Shown in pieces: positions 24,964 to 32,794 of a DNA stretch of 37,909 nt. Every line of letters starts with the position of its first letter. The stretch's first letter is position 1. Location: the IMG/VR virus record IMGVR_UViG_3300022933_000012, positions 1 to 37,909 of that record. The stretch is one strand, 5' to 3'. A program made the position numbers and the translations under genes. Source of the DNA: a virus (taxonomy: Duplodnaviria > Caudoviricetes). The notes under the pieces are model-generated. The model was not told where the DNA came from. It saw only the letters and a program-made list of their open reading frames with translations, and searched no databases.

Positions 24964-25532
24964 GATATTACTTCTATAAAGTCTACTTCAAATTTATGTA
25001 ACATGTCCACTCCAATAGCATGTTCTTGTACATCATTGTTTAGTCTAACTGTGAAAGGCACATCATTATAAGTCACAGTATCTGTGGTCACTGCTGCTAT
25101 CAGAGGGGGAACAATACTCAAATTTCCATTACCTGACAGATCAGCAGTCAGCCTGTATACTTTGTCGTGGCCTGAAAATTTAATAAAATCTCCTGCCTTT
25201 AGAGTGCCAGATAGCCCTGTTGTTGCTACAGTTGAGTCACCTATTGCTGCGGCTGTACAAGTTACTGTACTCACCGTTGCAGTACCAGTTGTTGATGAAA
25301 TTTCTGTGGGGGTAACAGTGAACACTGTATGCCTGCCACGCAAAGAGTCAATATAGGCACTAACAGGCTGAAACTCAGCTCTAGTTAATGGCGGGTAAGA
25401 TGCACTAAATTCCCATACTTGAGCAGCTATCTTCCGACTTTGGGTACGTCCATTCAAAGACTGAGAAAAATAGGTAGGGTCATTACTTCTTACCCTCATG
25501 GACGAAAATTTGGGGGTTGTTGGGTATGTCAT
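24960..25532 (-). CDS. Distal tail protein-like
   Basis: Immediately after the tape measure gene; SLNGR.Q, YPPLT, L.GR and LKAGDFIKF..H.KVY motifs. Confidence 0.7.
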   Translation of the reverse strand: MTYPTTPKFSSMRVRSNDPTYFSQSLNGRTQSRKIAAQVWEFSASYPPLTRAEFQPVSAYIDSLRGRHTVFTVTPTEISSTTGTATVSTVTCTAAAIGDSTVATTGLSGTLKAGDFIKFSGHDKVYRLTADLSGNGNLSIVPPLIAAVTTDTVTYNDVPFTVRLNNDVQEHAIGVDMLHKFEVDFIEVIS

Positions 25533-27955
25533 GCTATTGCTGGCCTCCCACTCTCATTTAATGCTTGGTTTATCACACCTATTATTGTACCACGTTGGGA
25601 TACTATAAGTCTAGTAGCGTCTGATGTGTCAATGGCGTTGATATTGAAGGTAACATTGGCTGCCCCACTGTTGCCTCTTTGACCTTTAGTGTGATCTGTA
25701 ACAGTTTCGTTGGGGTGTAAGATAGCAGGGAAGCCACCTTTTCCATCTACTCCACCTGATCTTGGACCAGTGCCTGTAAAGCCGCCACCCTCAAACGATG
25801 CTTTAGATAAGCCAGCCGATAATGCAAATGCGGAAGCCATACCAGCCGATGCAGGGACAGCATTTGTGCCCATGGTGGCTAAGGATACTGCAGCTGCAGC
25901 TGGTGCCCAAGCTGATGCCACGACTCCCGCTTGTGTAACGGATAAAGCTGTGCCTGTAGTTGCAAACATCTTGCTAGCAACGAAATTGACGGCTTGTTGG
26001 ACACCTAATGATATAAGAGAGGATAATACTTGGTGTGTTATGGTTCGGGCAAGAGCTTTCATGGCATCACCGCCACTCTTGCCAAGCAATACCATGTTGG
26101 CTATTGAATCACCTATGCCCTTAGCGAATGTTCCTCCTGGGGCGAAAATCTCAGCCAACTTGTCGCCCATACGCTGCATGATAGGCATAGAGGATTGCTC
26201 CATTTCAATCCATTTATCGGTGAATGATTGAGAGAATTCCTCGAAAGCAGTCAGCTCTTGTCCCCAGTCCATAGCCTTATTAGCTGCGTACACTCCAGCT
26301 TGCTTCTTCAACCAGAGGTCTGTCTGCTCTAGCATCAATGCATCGTGGGCTCTTTTGGCATCGAGTTGGGATTTAAACCGCTTTTCGCCGTACAAACTTT
26401 CCACGCCCCAATACATTAACTCGAGGCTCTCTGCAGCTTCTTTGCTCATCTGTGCCTTCAAAGCCAGACTTTGCTCCAATGCCCTACGCTTGTCTTCTTC
26501 TCCCCCAATGAAGGTTTGTGTGGAGGCAATGACAGCTTCTTGCTCTCGCAGAGCTACTGCTTCTAGAGCATAGTTTCTTTTGTCAGCTAATTTGTCCAGC
26601 TCGTCAAAAAAAGCAGTTGCTTTCTGAGTCCATGTATCTGCTATTGGTGGTGGGGCTATGGATGGCAATTCTAGTTGTGCAGTTTCATCCTTTCCTATTG
26701 AGTCTGGGATATCTCTAGCATCTTCTGTGCCAGTTTGCTTCATGTATTTTATTCTTATAGCCAACTGCTCATTTTGTTGTTTGTAACTGGCGAGAATGTC
26801 GCGCTGGTCTTTTGTTACAAATAAAGCTGCTGCGTGTTGGGCTTCCAATCCCGATACTAAGTTTTGCTGGATCCTTAGAGTGTTCTCCATAGAGGACAGA
26901 TCTATTGTGTCGTTTCCGCCCATCAGATCTTTTATTTGCCCTATGCCAAAAATGATGCTAGCTATGAGAAATTTCAACTTGGTTCCGCCCAGCAAAGCTC
27001 CTATGATGCCCACTGATTGAACAAAAGTGGGGAGGCTCCGATAAGTGTCCCAAAGGTTAGATACTTGTGTTCTGATGAATCTGATGTACACACCTATGGA
27101 GTCAACAAAAGCCGCTGTGCCCAAAACAGCAGACCTAACAAAGTCAACTATAGACTGGCCTGCTTTTCTTGCATTTTCTGAAACTGATTTCTCATCACCG
27201 AATAGCGATTCGGACATGGAATTTATCAGCCCTTTGGCCAAATCAAACGGACCACTATTCATCAACTCATCTTGGAATAACGTCCAACTGCCTCTGAAAT
27301 TAGACAAAGCACCATCCATTGTGTTCATCTGATCAGCCATAGCACCACCGAACTGGTTGTTGCCTATGTCCATCAGATAACCCTGAATGTCCTCAGCGTT
27401 CTTCTTAACAGTGGTGGTTATTCCCTGGAAGGTGAACTTAACGAAGTCGCCCTCTTGCTTGGACTTGATGCCAAACTCTTTCAGACGTTCGAATTCCATG
27501 GTGGCTGCATCGGCCACAGCTTCAATCATCTGATCAAGGTCTTTACCCATCGCAGAAGCTGTGTTGCCAAATGAGGTCATTGCTGCCTCACTAGGGTCCA
27601 AGCCAAACGCTTTCAGCTTGATAAAAGCAGAGGCCACTTGGTCGACTTCATAAGGGGTACGGGTTGTAAACTCAGTTAGCTGCTTAAAGGCTTTGTCAGC
27701 ATTTTCTGCCGAGCCAGTAACTGTTTTGAGGCTTACTTTGAGCTTCTCCAAAGAAGAGGCTGTGGTGAGGAAACTTCTAACAACCAAGCCTCCACCTAAA
27801 GCGACCAAGGCACCTTGAAGTCCGAAGACTTTGTCCTTGATGCTCGAAGCTGTGCGTCCTATTCCTTTGATGGCAGTATTGGCACGACGAGCTCCTACAA
27901 TAGCCTTTCTAGGGTCTACCACAATGCCTAAGATTGCCAGTCTATTTATCGCCAT
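25529..27955 (-). CDS. Tail tape measure protein
   Basis: 808 aa helical Ala-rich protein; TPYE...AFIKL, FGNTAS and ERLKEFGI tape-measure domain; C-terminal GGFTG. Confidence 0.9.
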   Translation of the reverse strand: MAINRLAILGIVVDPRKAIVGARRANTAIKGIGRTASSIKDKVFGLQGALVALGGGLVVRSFLTTASSLEKLKVSLKTVTGSAENADKAFKQLTEFTTRTPYEVDQVASAFIKLKAFGLDPSEAAMTSFGNTASAMGKDLDQMIEAVADAATMEFERLKEFGIKSKQEGDFVKFTFQGITTTVKKNAEDIQGYLMDIGNNQFGGAMADQMNTMDGALSNFRGSWTLFQDELMNSGPFDLAKGLINSMSESLFGDEKSVSENARKAGQSIVDFVRSAVLGTAAFVDSIGVYIRFIRTQVSNLWDTYRSLPTFVQSVGIIGALLGGTKLKFLIASIIFGIGQIKDLMGGNDTIDLSSMENTLRIQQNLVSGLEAQHAAALFVTKDQRDILASYKQQNEQLAIRIKYMKQTGTEDARDIPDSIGKDETAQLELPSIAPPPIADTWTQKATAFFDELDKLADKRNYALEAVALREQEAVIASTQTFIGGEEDKRRALEQSLALKAQMSKEAAESLELMYWGVESLYGEKRFKSQLDAKRAHDALMLEQTDLWLKKQAGVYAANKAMDWGQELTAFEEFSQSFTDKWIEMEQSSMPIMQRMGDKLAEIFAPGGTFAKGIGDSIANMVLLGKSGGDAMKALARTITHQVLSSLISLGVQQAVNFVASKMFATTGTALSVTQAGVVASAWAPAAAAVSLATMGTNAVPASAGMASAFALSAGLSKASFEGGGFTGTGPRSGGVDGKGGFPAILHPNETVTDHTKGQRGNSGAANVTFNINAIDTSDATRLIVSQRGTIIGVINQALNESGRPAIA

Positions 27956-28085
27956 CTTCCTTCTTCCTATAGTAGGCTACCCAGCCGTTGAACTCTTCCA
28001 CTGACATCTCTGCCAGCTGATGTATGGGAATGCGAAGCCGATCGCCCAAGGCATAGAGTCCCATCAACTCAGGGTCGGCTGCTAG
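27942..28085 (-). CDS. Tail assembly chaperone -1 frameshift extension (gpT-like)
   Basis: The -1 frame after GGGAAAC reads LAADPELMGLYALGDRLRIPIHQLAEMSVEEFNGWVAYYRKKEDGDK*. Confidence 0.75.
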   Translation of the reverse strand, partial: LAADPELMGLYALGDRLRIPIHQLAEMSVEEFNGWVAYYRKKEDGDK

Positions 28086-28402
28086 TTTCCCTCCATCTCC
28101 TCAACTGAGGCAGAGGAGGTGATGCTAGTGACCACCCTAGTGATAACATCAGGATCTACCTTGTTCATCAAAGACACTTTGTCAGCAAGGTCAAACATTG
28201 GCTCGCCCTGTGCATCCTTAGCTTTCATGATCAAAGCCCGAATCAGGAACTCCAGATCATCGTCCTTAGCCACTTTTAAGAGCTTACGCTTCTCGTTCAT
28301 GGTGAATGGGGAACAGTGGATTACTGTATCCCATTCAGGGACTTCAATCTGACGAATGCCCTTGGTGTCAAAATGGGCTACCGCATTGTCTAAGACGCCC
28401 AT
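28082..28402 (-). CDS. Tail assembly chaperone (gpG-like)
   Basis: 106 aa between tail tube and tape measure genes; EVPEW; ends GAG GGA AAC TAG. Confidence 0.8.
   Translation of the reverse strand: MGVLDNAVAHFDTKGIRQIEVPEWDTVIHCSPFTMNEKRKLLKVAKDDDLEFLIRALIMKAKDAQGEPMFDLADKVSLMNKVDPDVITRVVTSITSSASVEEMEGN
28085..28091 (-). other. Programmed -1 ribosomal frameshift slippery site G GGA AAC
   Basis: XXXYYYZ heptamer in the correct phase just before the stop, as in lambda G/GT. Confidence 0.75.
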
Positions 28403-28791
28403 TAGACAGTATCCGTAACAACGGCACCTCGTGACTCCCAGCTAAAGCTGGTTTCAACCATTCCATCAAAAGTCGCACTGCGAGAAACGCTGGTTATGAT
28501 TGCTGGGATAGTATAAAAGGTGCTTAAAGATGCCACACCCTCTGGATAAAGCACCATGCTCACCTCAGTGCCAGCAGTTAAGGCACCCTGTCCAGCAGTA
28601 TCAGTTTCATCCCAAAATGCATTAATTGAACCAGATGCAGAGGTCAATGTTGCCTTCCGAGTTCGCGCTGCATCGCCCATAACAGTATCTTCAGTAGTAT
28701 CCGCAGTCTCATCAAAAGACCAGTCCTTTACTTCTGCCACAGTGTTGGAGCCAACTTTTACTACACCTTCACTACCTTTATGATTCGCCAT
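28402..28791 (-). CDS. Major tail tube protein
   Basis: 129 aa; G.EGVVKVG..VAEVKDWS, T.MGD and LYPEG; expected position. Confidence 0.8.
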   Translation of the reverse strand: MANHKGSEGVVKVGSNTVAEVKDWSFDETADTTEDTVMGDAARTRKATLTSASGSINAFWDETDTAGQGALTAGTEVSMVLYPEGVASLSTFYTIPAIITSVSRSATFDGMVETSFSWESRGAVVTDTV

Positions 28792-28936
28792 CTTTATTTA
28801 CCTCTTTGGTTGGTTTGGCTTTTTTGCCAGTTTTGGGGGCAGTTTCTAACCAACCCTTGTTTTTCATGTTTTCCACTTGGGAAGCGTGGGCCAAAACTGG
28901 CTCGCCCCCCGCAGGCGGATAAAGTTTAGTGCTCAT
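28778..28936 (-). CDS. Small virion-module protein not in the track (52 aa)
   Basis: MSTKLYPPAGGEPVLAHASQVENMKNKGWLETAPKTGKKAKPTKEVNKDGES; RBS GGAGG; fills the gap exactly. Confidence 0.6.
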   Translation of the reverse strand: MSTKLYPPAGGEPVLAHASQVENMKNKGWLETAPKTGKKAKPTKEVNKDGES

Positions 28937-28937
28937 T

Positions 28938-29318
28938 TTATGTGTCCCTCCGGTAAGGAATGCTTACGTTTGTCTGATGCCATACATCAGATGTACCAAC
29001 ATTGGTAATAGATGCTACACCACAAACTACATCGTCAAAATTTTGATCGTCAAAGATTGCAGCGAGTGTATCGCAATAGCCTCTGGCAAGTGCAGTGCCT
29101 GTGTTTATTGGAGTGAATACTTGTATGGCAATAATTCCTAAATGCTGCTTTTTAGCTTGTATGACTCTGTAATCGGATGCACCATTAATTATTGAGAGGC
29201 GAATCCAAGCAGTGTTATTTGGCGTATCAAAATCAACATTTTCCCAATCAATCGTAGTGGTTGACCAGTTGTCACTTAGGCGCGCCTCAATACTTGCTCT
29301 TTCATCAGCCCAAGACAT
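28938..29318 (-). CDS. Tail terminator-like protein
   Basis: 126 aa; WENV.F, WIRLSI, G.I.IQVFTP..TG and WHQ.NV.IPY. Confidence 0.75.
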   Translation of the reverse strand: MSWADERASIEARLSDNWSTTTIDWENVDFDTPNNTAWIRLSIINGASDYRVIQAKKQHLGIIAIQVFTPINTGTALARGYCDTLAAIFDDQNFDDVVCGVASITNVGTSDVWHQTNVSIPYRRDT

Positions 29319-29670
29319 TTTTAATTCCCGCCTCTAATTCCAACATTGAAACATTCACCATTCCTCGTGGCGCTTGTTTGCTGCTGCCATCTTCCAATTC
29401 AAATATGTAGTCTAAATTGTTGGTTATGTATATTGCTTCTTCACCATCGCCCTTTGACAAAGAGGGTGGTGGTGAAGATTCTCCTGCTTCGATGGTGCTT
29501 AAATCTGGTTTCCCCGCGCCCACATTCCAATTAGCTCTTGCTCGGCCTGTGTCCACTGGAGTCTTACGAGTAACCCTTGCATATGCGTCTAGGGCGATCT
29601 TCCGAGTCACGAGCTCTAGCTCTAGCTCGGTGGCTTTCGCAAATTCTTTGATGTCTAGACTAAAGCTCAT
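29305..29670 (-). CDS. HK97 gp10-like tail completion protein
   Basis: TPVDTGRARANW, NNLDY..LE.G.S.QAP.GMV. Confidence 0.85.
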   Translation of the reverse strand: MSFSLDIKEFAKATELELELVTRKIALDAYARVTRKTPVDTGRARANWNVGAGKPDLSTIEAGESSPPPSLSKGDGEEAIYITNNLDYIFELEDGSSKQAPRGMVNVSMLELEAGIKNVLG

Positions 29671-30044
29671 CCCATGCGCCTCACTATTAATCTATATGTG
29701 GAACCCGCTGGGTCAAATATGATCTGGGTGATTTTATGTACTGCACCACCCCTAGTAATAGTGTCAGAGCTGTCTGGCGTGACTGTAAGATCAGCACTAG
29801 CAAACAATACTGATAAAGCCCCAGTGTGCTCTGGTTCAATTTGTGTGCGATCGTCTAAGCCAGCAGCCCCAAAGGGCGCGACAACCGCCTTAATACTATA
29901 ATCAGTGTCCGTTTTTGTAAGAACACCTGTTGCTGTATTATAAGATGCAGCAGCCTTAGCAGTGTAGGTTATGGTTTCAGCAATATCACCAGTGGCGACG
30001 ATGGCTGATTGGACAGCTGATGCAATTGCAGCTCGCAAGCCCAT
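29667..30044 (-). CDS. Head closure/stopper protein
   Basis: 125 aa beta-rich protein; YN..TG; position after the adaptor. Confidence 0.65.
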   Translation of the reverse strand: MGLRAAIASAVQSAIVATGDIAETITYTAKAAASYNTATGVLTKTDTDYSIKAVVAPFGAAGLDDRTQIEPEHTGALSVLFASADLTVTPDSSDTITRGGAVHKITQIIFDPAGSTYRLIVRRMG

Positions 30045-30045
30045 G

Positions 30046-30552
30046 CTAAGTCCTTATCACAGCTACTGAGCCGAATTTAGCTCTAGCGTGAATTATGCCC
30101 CAGCCCCGCAACATTTCCTGAACTATGGAGGGCAATACATCGGCTGTGTCGGCCTTATCAAATGTTAAGGAAACTGAACCAACAGCTAAGTTAGTTATGC
30201 CCTTTCCCTGAGCTTCGCCAGTGGAGTCTGAGCTGATTAGGTTGCGAGCAAGCTCTGCTGTAGCATTTTGTATAGCTACAGGAATTTCAGTGGTCAGCAC
30301 AGCGTAGCCATCAATATCGGTTGCAGAACCTCTGGGCCAACGCAATGATTGCTCATCTGTGTGCTTAGTGCCAATCCATGTGGTGCGCTCGTCTAACAAA
30401 CGAGTTGCGGTCTTAAGACCCCGCTCTTTGTCATCTGTGCTCGCTGCTGTCCATGCAGAAGCGTATAAGTGGGTGCCGTGATAAGTATCAGCATCAGCCA
30501 CAGTTGTGTAGCTGTCTGAGCTAGTACCGCCTATGGTTGCATCTAATGCCAT
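30046..30552 (-). CDS. Head-tail adaptor (DnaT-like family)
   Basis: DSY.TVADAD.Y, Q.L.WPR, IP.AI..AT.ELA and VGSVS. Confidence 0.8.
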   Translation of the reverse strand: MALDATIGGTSSDSYTTVADADTYHGTHLYASAWTAASTDDKERGLKTATRLLDERTTWIGTKHTDEQSLRWPRGSATDIDGYAVLTTEIPVAIQNATAELARNLISSDSTGEAQGKGITNLAVGSVSLTFDKADTADVLPSIVQEMLRGWGIIHARAKFGSVAVIRT

Positions 30553-30553
30553 G

Positions 30554-30679
30554 TTACTTGACCTCTACCCAATTGCCTTTTATGTAGCTGGCAACTTCGT
30601 CAGGATGAACATTTGCGATTTTTCCGTCTCGCTCCATCTTAACCATCTTAGGCTTTTTGGAAGATTTCTTTTCAGACAT
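30554..30679 (-). CDS. Small virion-module protein not in the track (41 aa)
   Basis: MSEKKSSKKPKMVKMERDGKIANVHPDEVASYIKGNWVEVK; RBS AGGGG; stop lies just before the adaptor start. Confidence 0.6.
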   Translation of the reverse strand: MSEKKSSKKPKMVKMERDGKIANVHPDEVASYIKGNWVEVK

Positions 30680-30699
30680 CTCAATCCCCTGCTAGGTTT

Positions 30700-30726
30700 A
30701 AAAATAGGCGGGTTTTTACACCCGCC
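30700..30726 (-). terminator. Rho-independent terminator after the major capsid gene
   Basis: GGCGGGT-GTAAAA-ACCCGCC followed by TATTTTT on the - strand. Confidence 0.8.
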
Positions 30727-30734
30727 AAGTACTA

Positions 30735-31877
30735 CTACCCAAGGAGAAGAGCAATATTGTCTGGCTTCCAAGCCTTGACGCCCCAAGTGGCTGCCACTTC
30801 AATCATCTGCTTACGATAACCTTTGTAAACACGGATCTCAAAGATCAAACCGGAGTGAGGGTCTTGAACTAACATGGAATCAACAGCCGCATCGGAACCG
30901 CCGGGAACTGCAGGGGCTCGCATTGCTAATTCAATGGCTGATTGGTGGAACATCACGTTGGCGGCAAAGCTATTGCCAACAGTCATTGCCGCGTTGTCAG
31001 CTGCTGCTGAACGCAAACCGGGAGAACCGATAACCAAATCGCCACCAGACAGAGCTGTGTTGACAACATACTTGTTGGTATCGCCTGCAAAGGTAACAAC
31101 ATCACCCGCCAATACAGTGCCTGTGCCGCCATCTACTGTTAAAGTAGTCTGATTGGCTGCTTCTGCGCCATTGATCAAGTAGCTTGCGCCACTGCCTTTG
31201 GTGTGAGAAGCAACTTGGCCAGATTCGCGGAGCATAGCACCTTGAAGGTCTAGTAAAGTGCCCTGACGCAACAACGATGTGCTGCCTGCTTCGTTGGCTT
31301 TCTGTAATTGAGCCAAGTTGCGCAACAATGTGCCAGCTGAAGTATTCATTACAACACTTATGCGGCCGTCGTTAGTTGTGCCACCATTGTCAACGATGAT
31401 TTGACGAGCTTCCGCTACCAAGTCAAAGTTTGAAGCGAATGGAGTAGTGCCAGCTGTACCAACAGCACGAGATGCACCCTGATAAGCAGCAGTGGCCAAG
31501 TCTGTTTCAACTTCATTAGTCAATGTGCGCATTGCCTGAGCTAGTTGATCACCATACACAGTTTCAAAACCTGCGCCATTGGCAACATGCTTCATATCTT
31601 CGCCAGTCCATGGGATTTGAACAGAACGAGCTTTGTTGATAGTCATGGTCTTGTTATCAACAGTTTGATCAGTTCCTTCTGGAATGGTCATTGACTCGCT
31701 GATATCGCCTGCAGTTGCAGAGCGAGTAAAGTGTGAACGTACAACACCATCTTTGGCAACTCGCTCGGAGCTGTCAGAGTTAATGGTAGATGCTGGGATG
31801 AAGCCAACCAATTCACGGCCGACAGTGTCGGCTGCTTTGTAGATGTCGGCTGCTAAATCGGTTAGGACGTTAGCCAT
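30735..31877 (-). CDS. Major capsid protein (P22 coat-like, HK97 fold)
   Basis: Start re-called at ATG 31877 (MANVLTDL) after GAGG; follows the scaffold gene; insertion GTVLAGDVVTFAG; C-terminal WGVKAWKP. Confidence 0.88.
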   Translation of the reverse strand: MANVLTDLAADIYKAADTVGRELVGFIPASTINSDSSERVAKDGVVRSHFTRSATAGDISESMTIPEGTDQTVDNKTMTINKARSVQIPWTGEDMKHVANGAGFETVYGDQLAQAMRTLTNEVETDLATAAYQGASRAVGTAGTTPFASNFDLVAEARQIIVDNGGTTNDGRISVVMNTSAGTLLRNLAQLQKANEAGSTSLLRQGTLLDLQGAMLRESGQVASHTKGSGASYLINGAEAANQTTLTVDGGTGTVLAGDVVTFAGDTNKYVVNTALSGGDLVIGSPGLRSAAADNAAMTVGNSFAANVMFHQSAIELAMRAPAVPGGSDAAVDSMLVQDPHSGLIFEIRVYKGYRKQMIEVAATWGVKAWKPDNIALLLG

Positions 31878-31989
31878 TGGGAAATTCCTCAAAAAGTTTA
31901 AGTAATGAGGACAGTAGCGCCCTCAATATTTTTAATCTAGACTCCACTGGAATCTATAAAGGGTCAGTAACTCCGCTACTGTTACTGAC

Positions 31990-32019
31990 ATTATAACACG
32001 AAAAGACATGCCTAGTCAA
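31990..32019 (-). promoter_or_regulatory. Late promoter for the capsid gene
   Basis: TTGACT-18 bp-TATAAT with extended -10 (TGTTATAAT); the 14-mer TCGTGTTATAATGT is shared with 37668-37681. Confidence 0.7.
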
Positions 32020-32755
32020 CCACTTTGCCGCCTTTTTTGGCAAAGTTTGATCGAGAGTATTGGTCCATAGAGTCAAATTCGGCTCTAGTTGCGGTGTTTC
32101 CTCCACTGCCTCCTCGGTTATCGTGGTTCCCACCTGCTCCCCTTGAGGGGGTGAATAGGTGGGGTGCTGAACCCGTAAGACCTTTTACCCACTGGTCCAC
32201 GGACATCGGGTCCGAAGACCCAGATCCATAAATTATATCTCCATTGGCATCGAATGGAGTAGCCTGACCATTTTTCAATTTAAAAACCGTCTTGGCTCTG
32301 AGAATGACATCATCCATAGCTGTCGCGGCCACGCCTTGCTTGGTCGCACTATCGCGGACAGAGGCATCTATCATCAAACCCTCAAGCTGGCGTTTGTGAG
32401 TTTCATTTTCACCCACGATTTTTTCCATTTCGCCATTATGGGCATCACGCATTCTCTTTGTGCGCTCTTCCAACAACTCTTCAATTTTGCCCTCATTTAT
32501 GAGCTTCTTGTCTTTGTTGTCTGTTTGGGCTTTTACCAAAGCAGCATATTGGTCCACGTCCACGCCCTTATATTTGACCTTCATGGTCTCAATATCCTTA
32601 AGCAATTTGACGTTGTTGGAGCGAAAATCGTCCAGTTTTGATTTGTCAACCATGCCGTCCACATCTAGGTGATATGCACCATCTTTTTCAACATAAGCTG
32701 AACGAAGTGCCTCAGGCACACTATCTATTTCTGTCACTGTAGCTTGTAAAGCCAT
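32012..32755 (-). CDS. Capsid scaffolding protein
   Basis: 247 aa; Y.E.DG.Y.LDVDG, coiled coil, APHLF..S.G.GG and EFD.M. Confidence 0.8.
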   Translation of the reverse strand: MALQATVTEIDSVPEALRSAYVEKDGAYHLDVDGMVDKSKLDDFRSNNVKLLKDIETMKVKYKGVDVDQYAALVKAQTDNKDKKLINEGKIEELLEERTKRMRDAHNGEMEKIVGENETHKRQLEGLMIDASVRDSATKQGVAATAMDDVILRAKTVFKLKNGQATPFDANGDIIYGSGSSDPMSVDQWVKGLTGSAPHLFTPSRGAGGNHDNRGGSGGNTATRAEFDSMDQYSRSNFAKKGGKVVD

Positions 32756-32794
32756 TTTGAACCTCCGGTTCTCTAGTTTTGCCCCACTGGGGCT

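Noticed and set aside
30580-30786. 68-aa ORF from the track
   Set aside because: It overlaps the capsid end and the terminator. A different frame (30554-30679) has an RBS and fits the gap.
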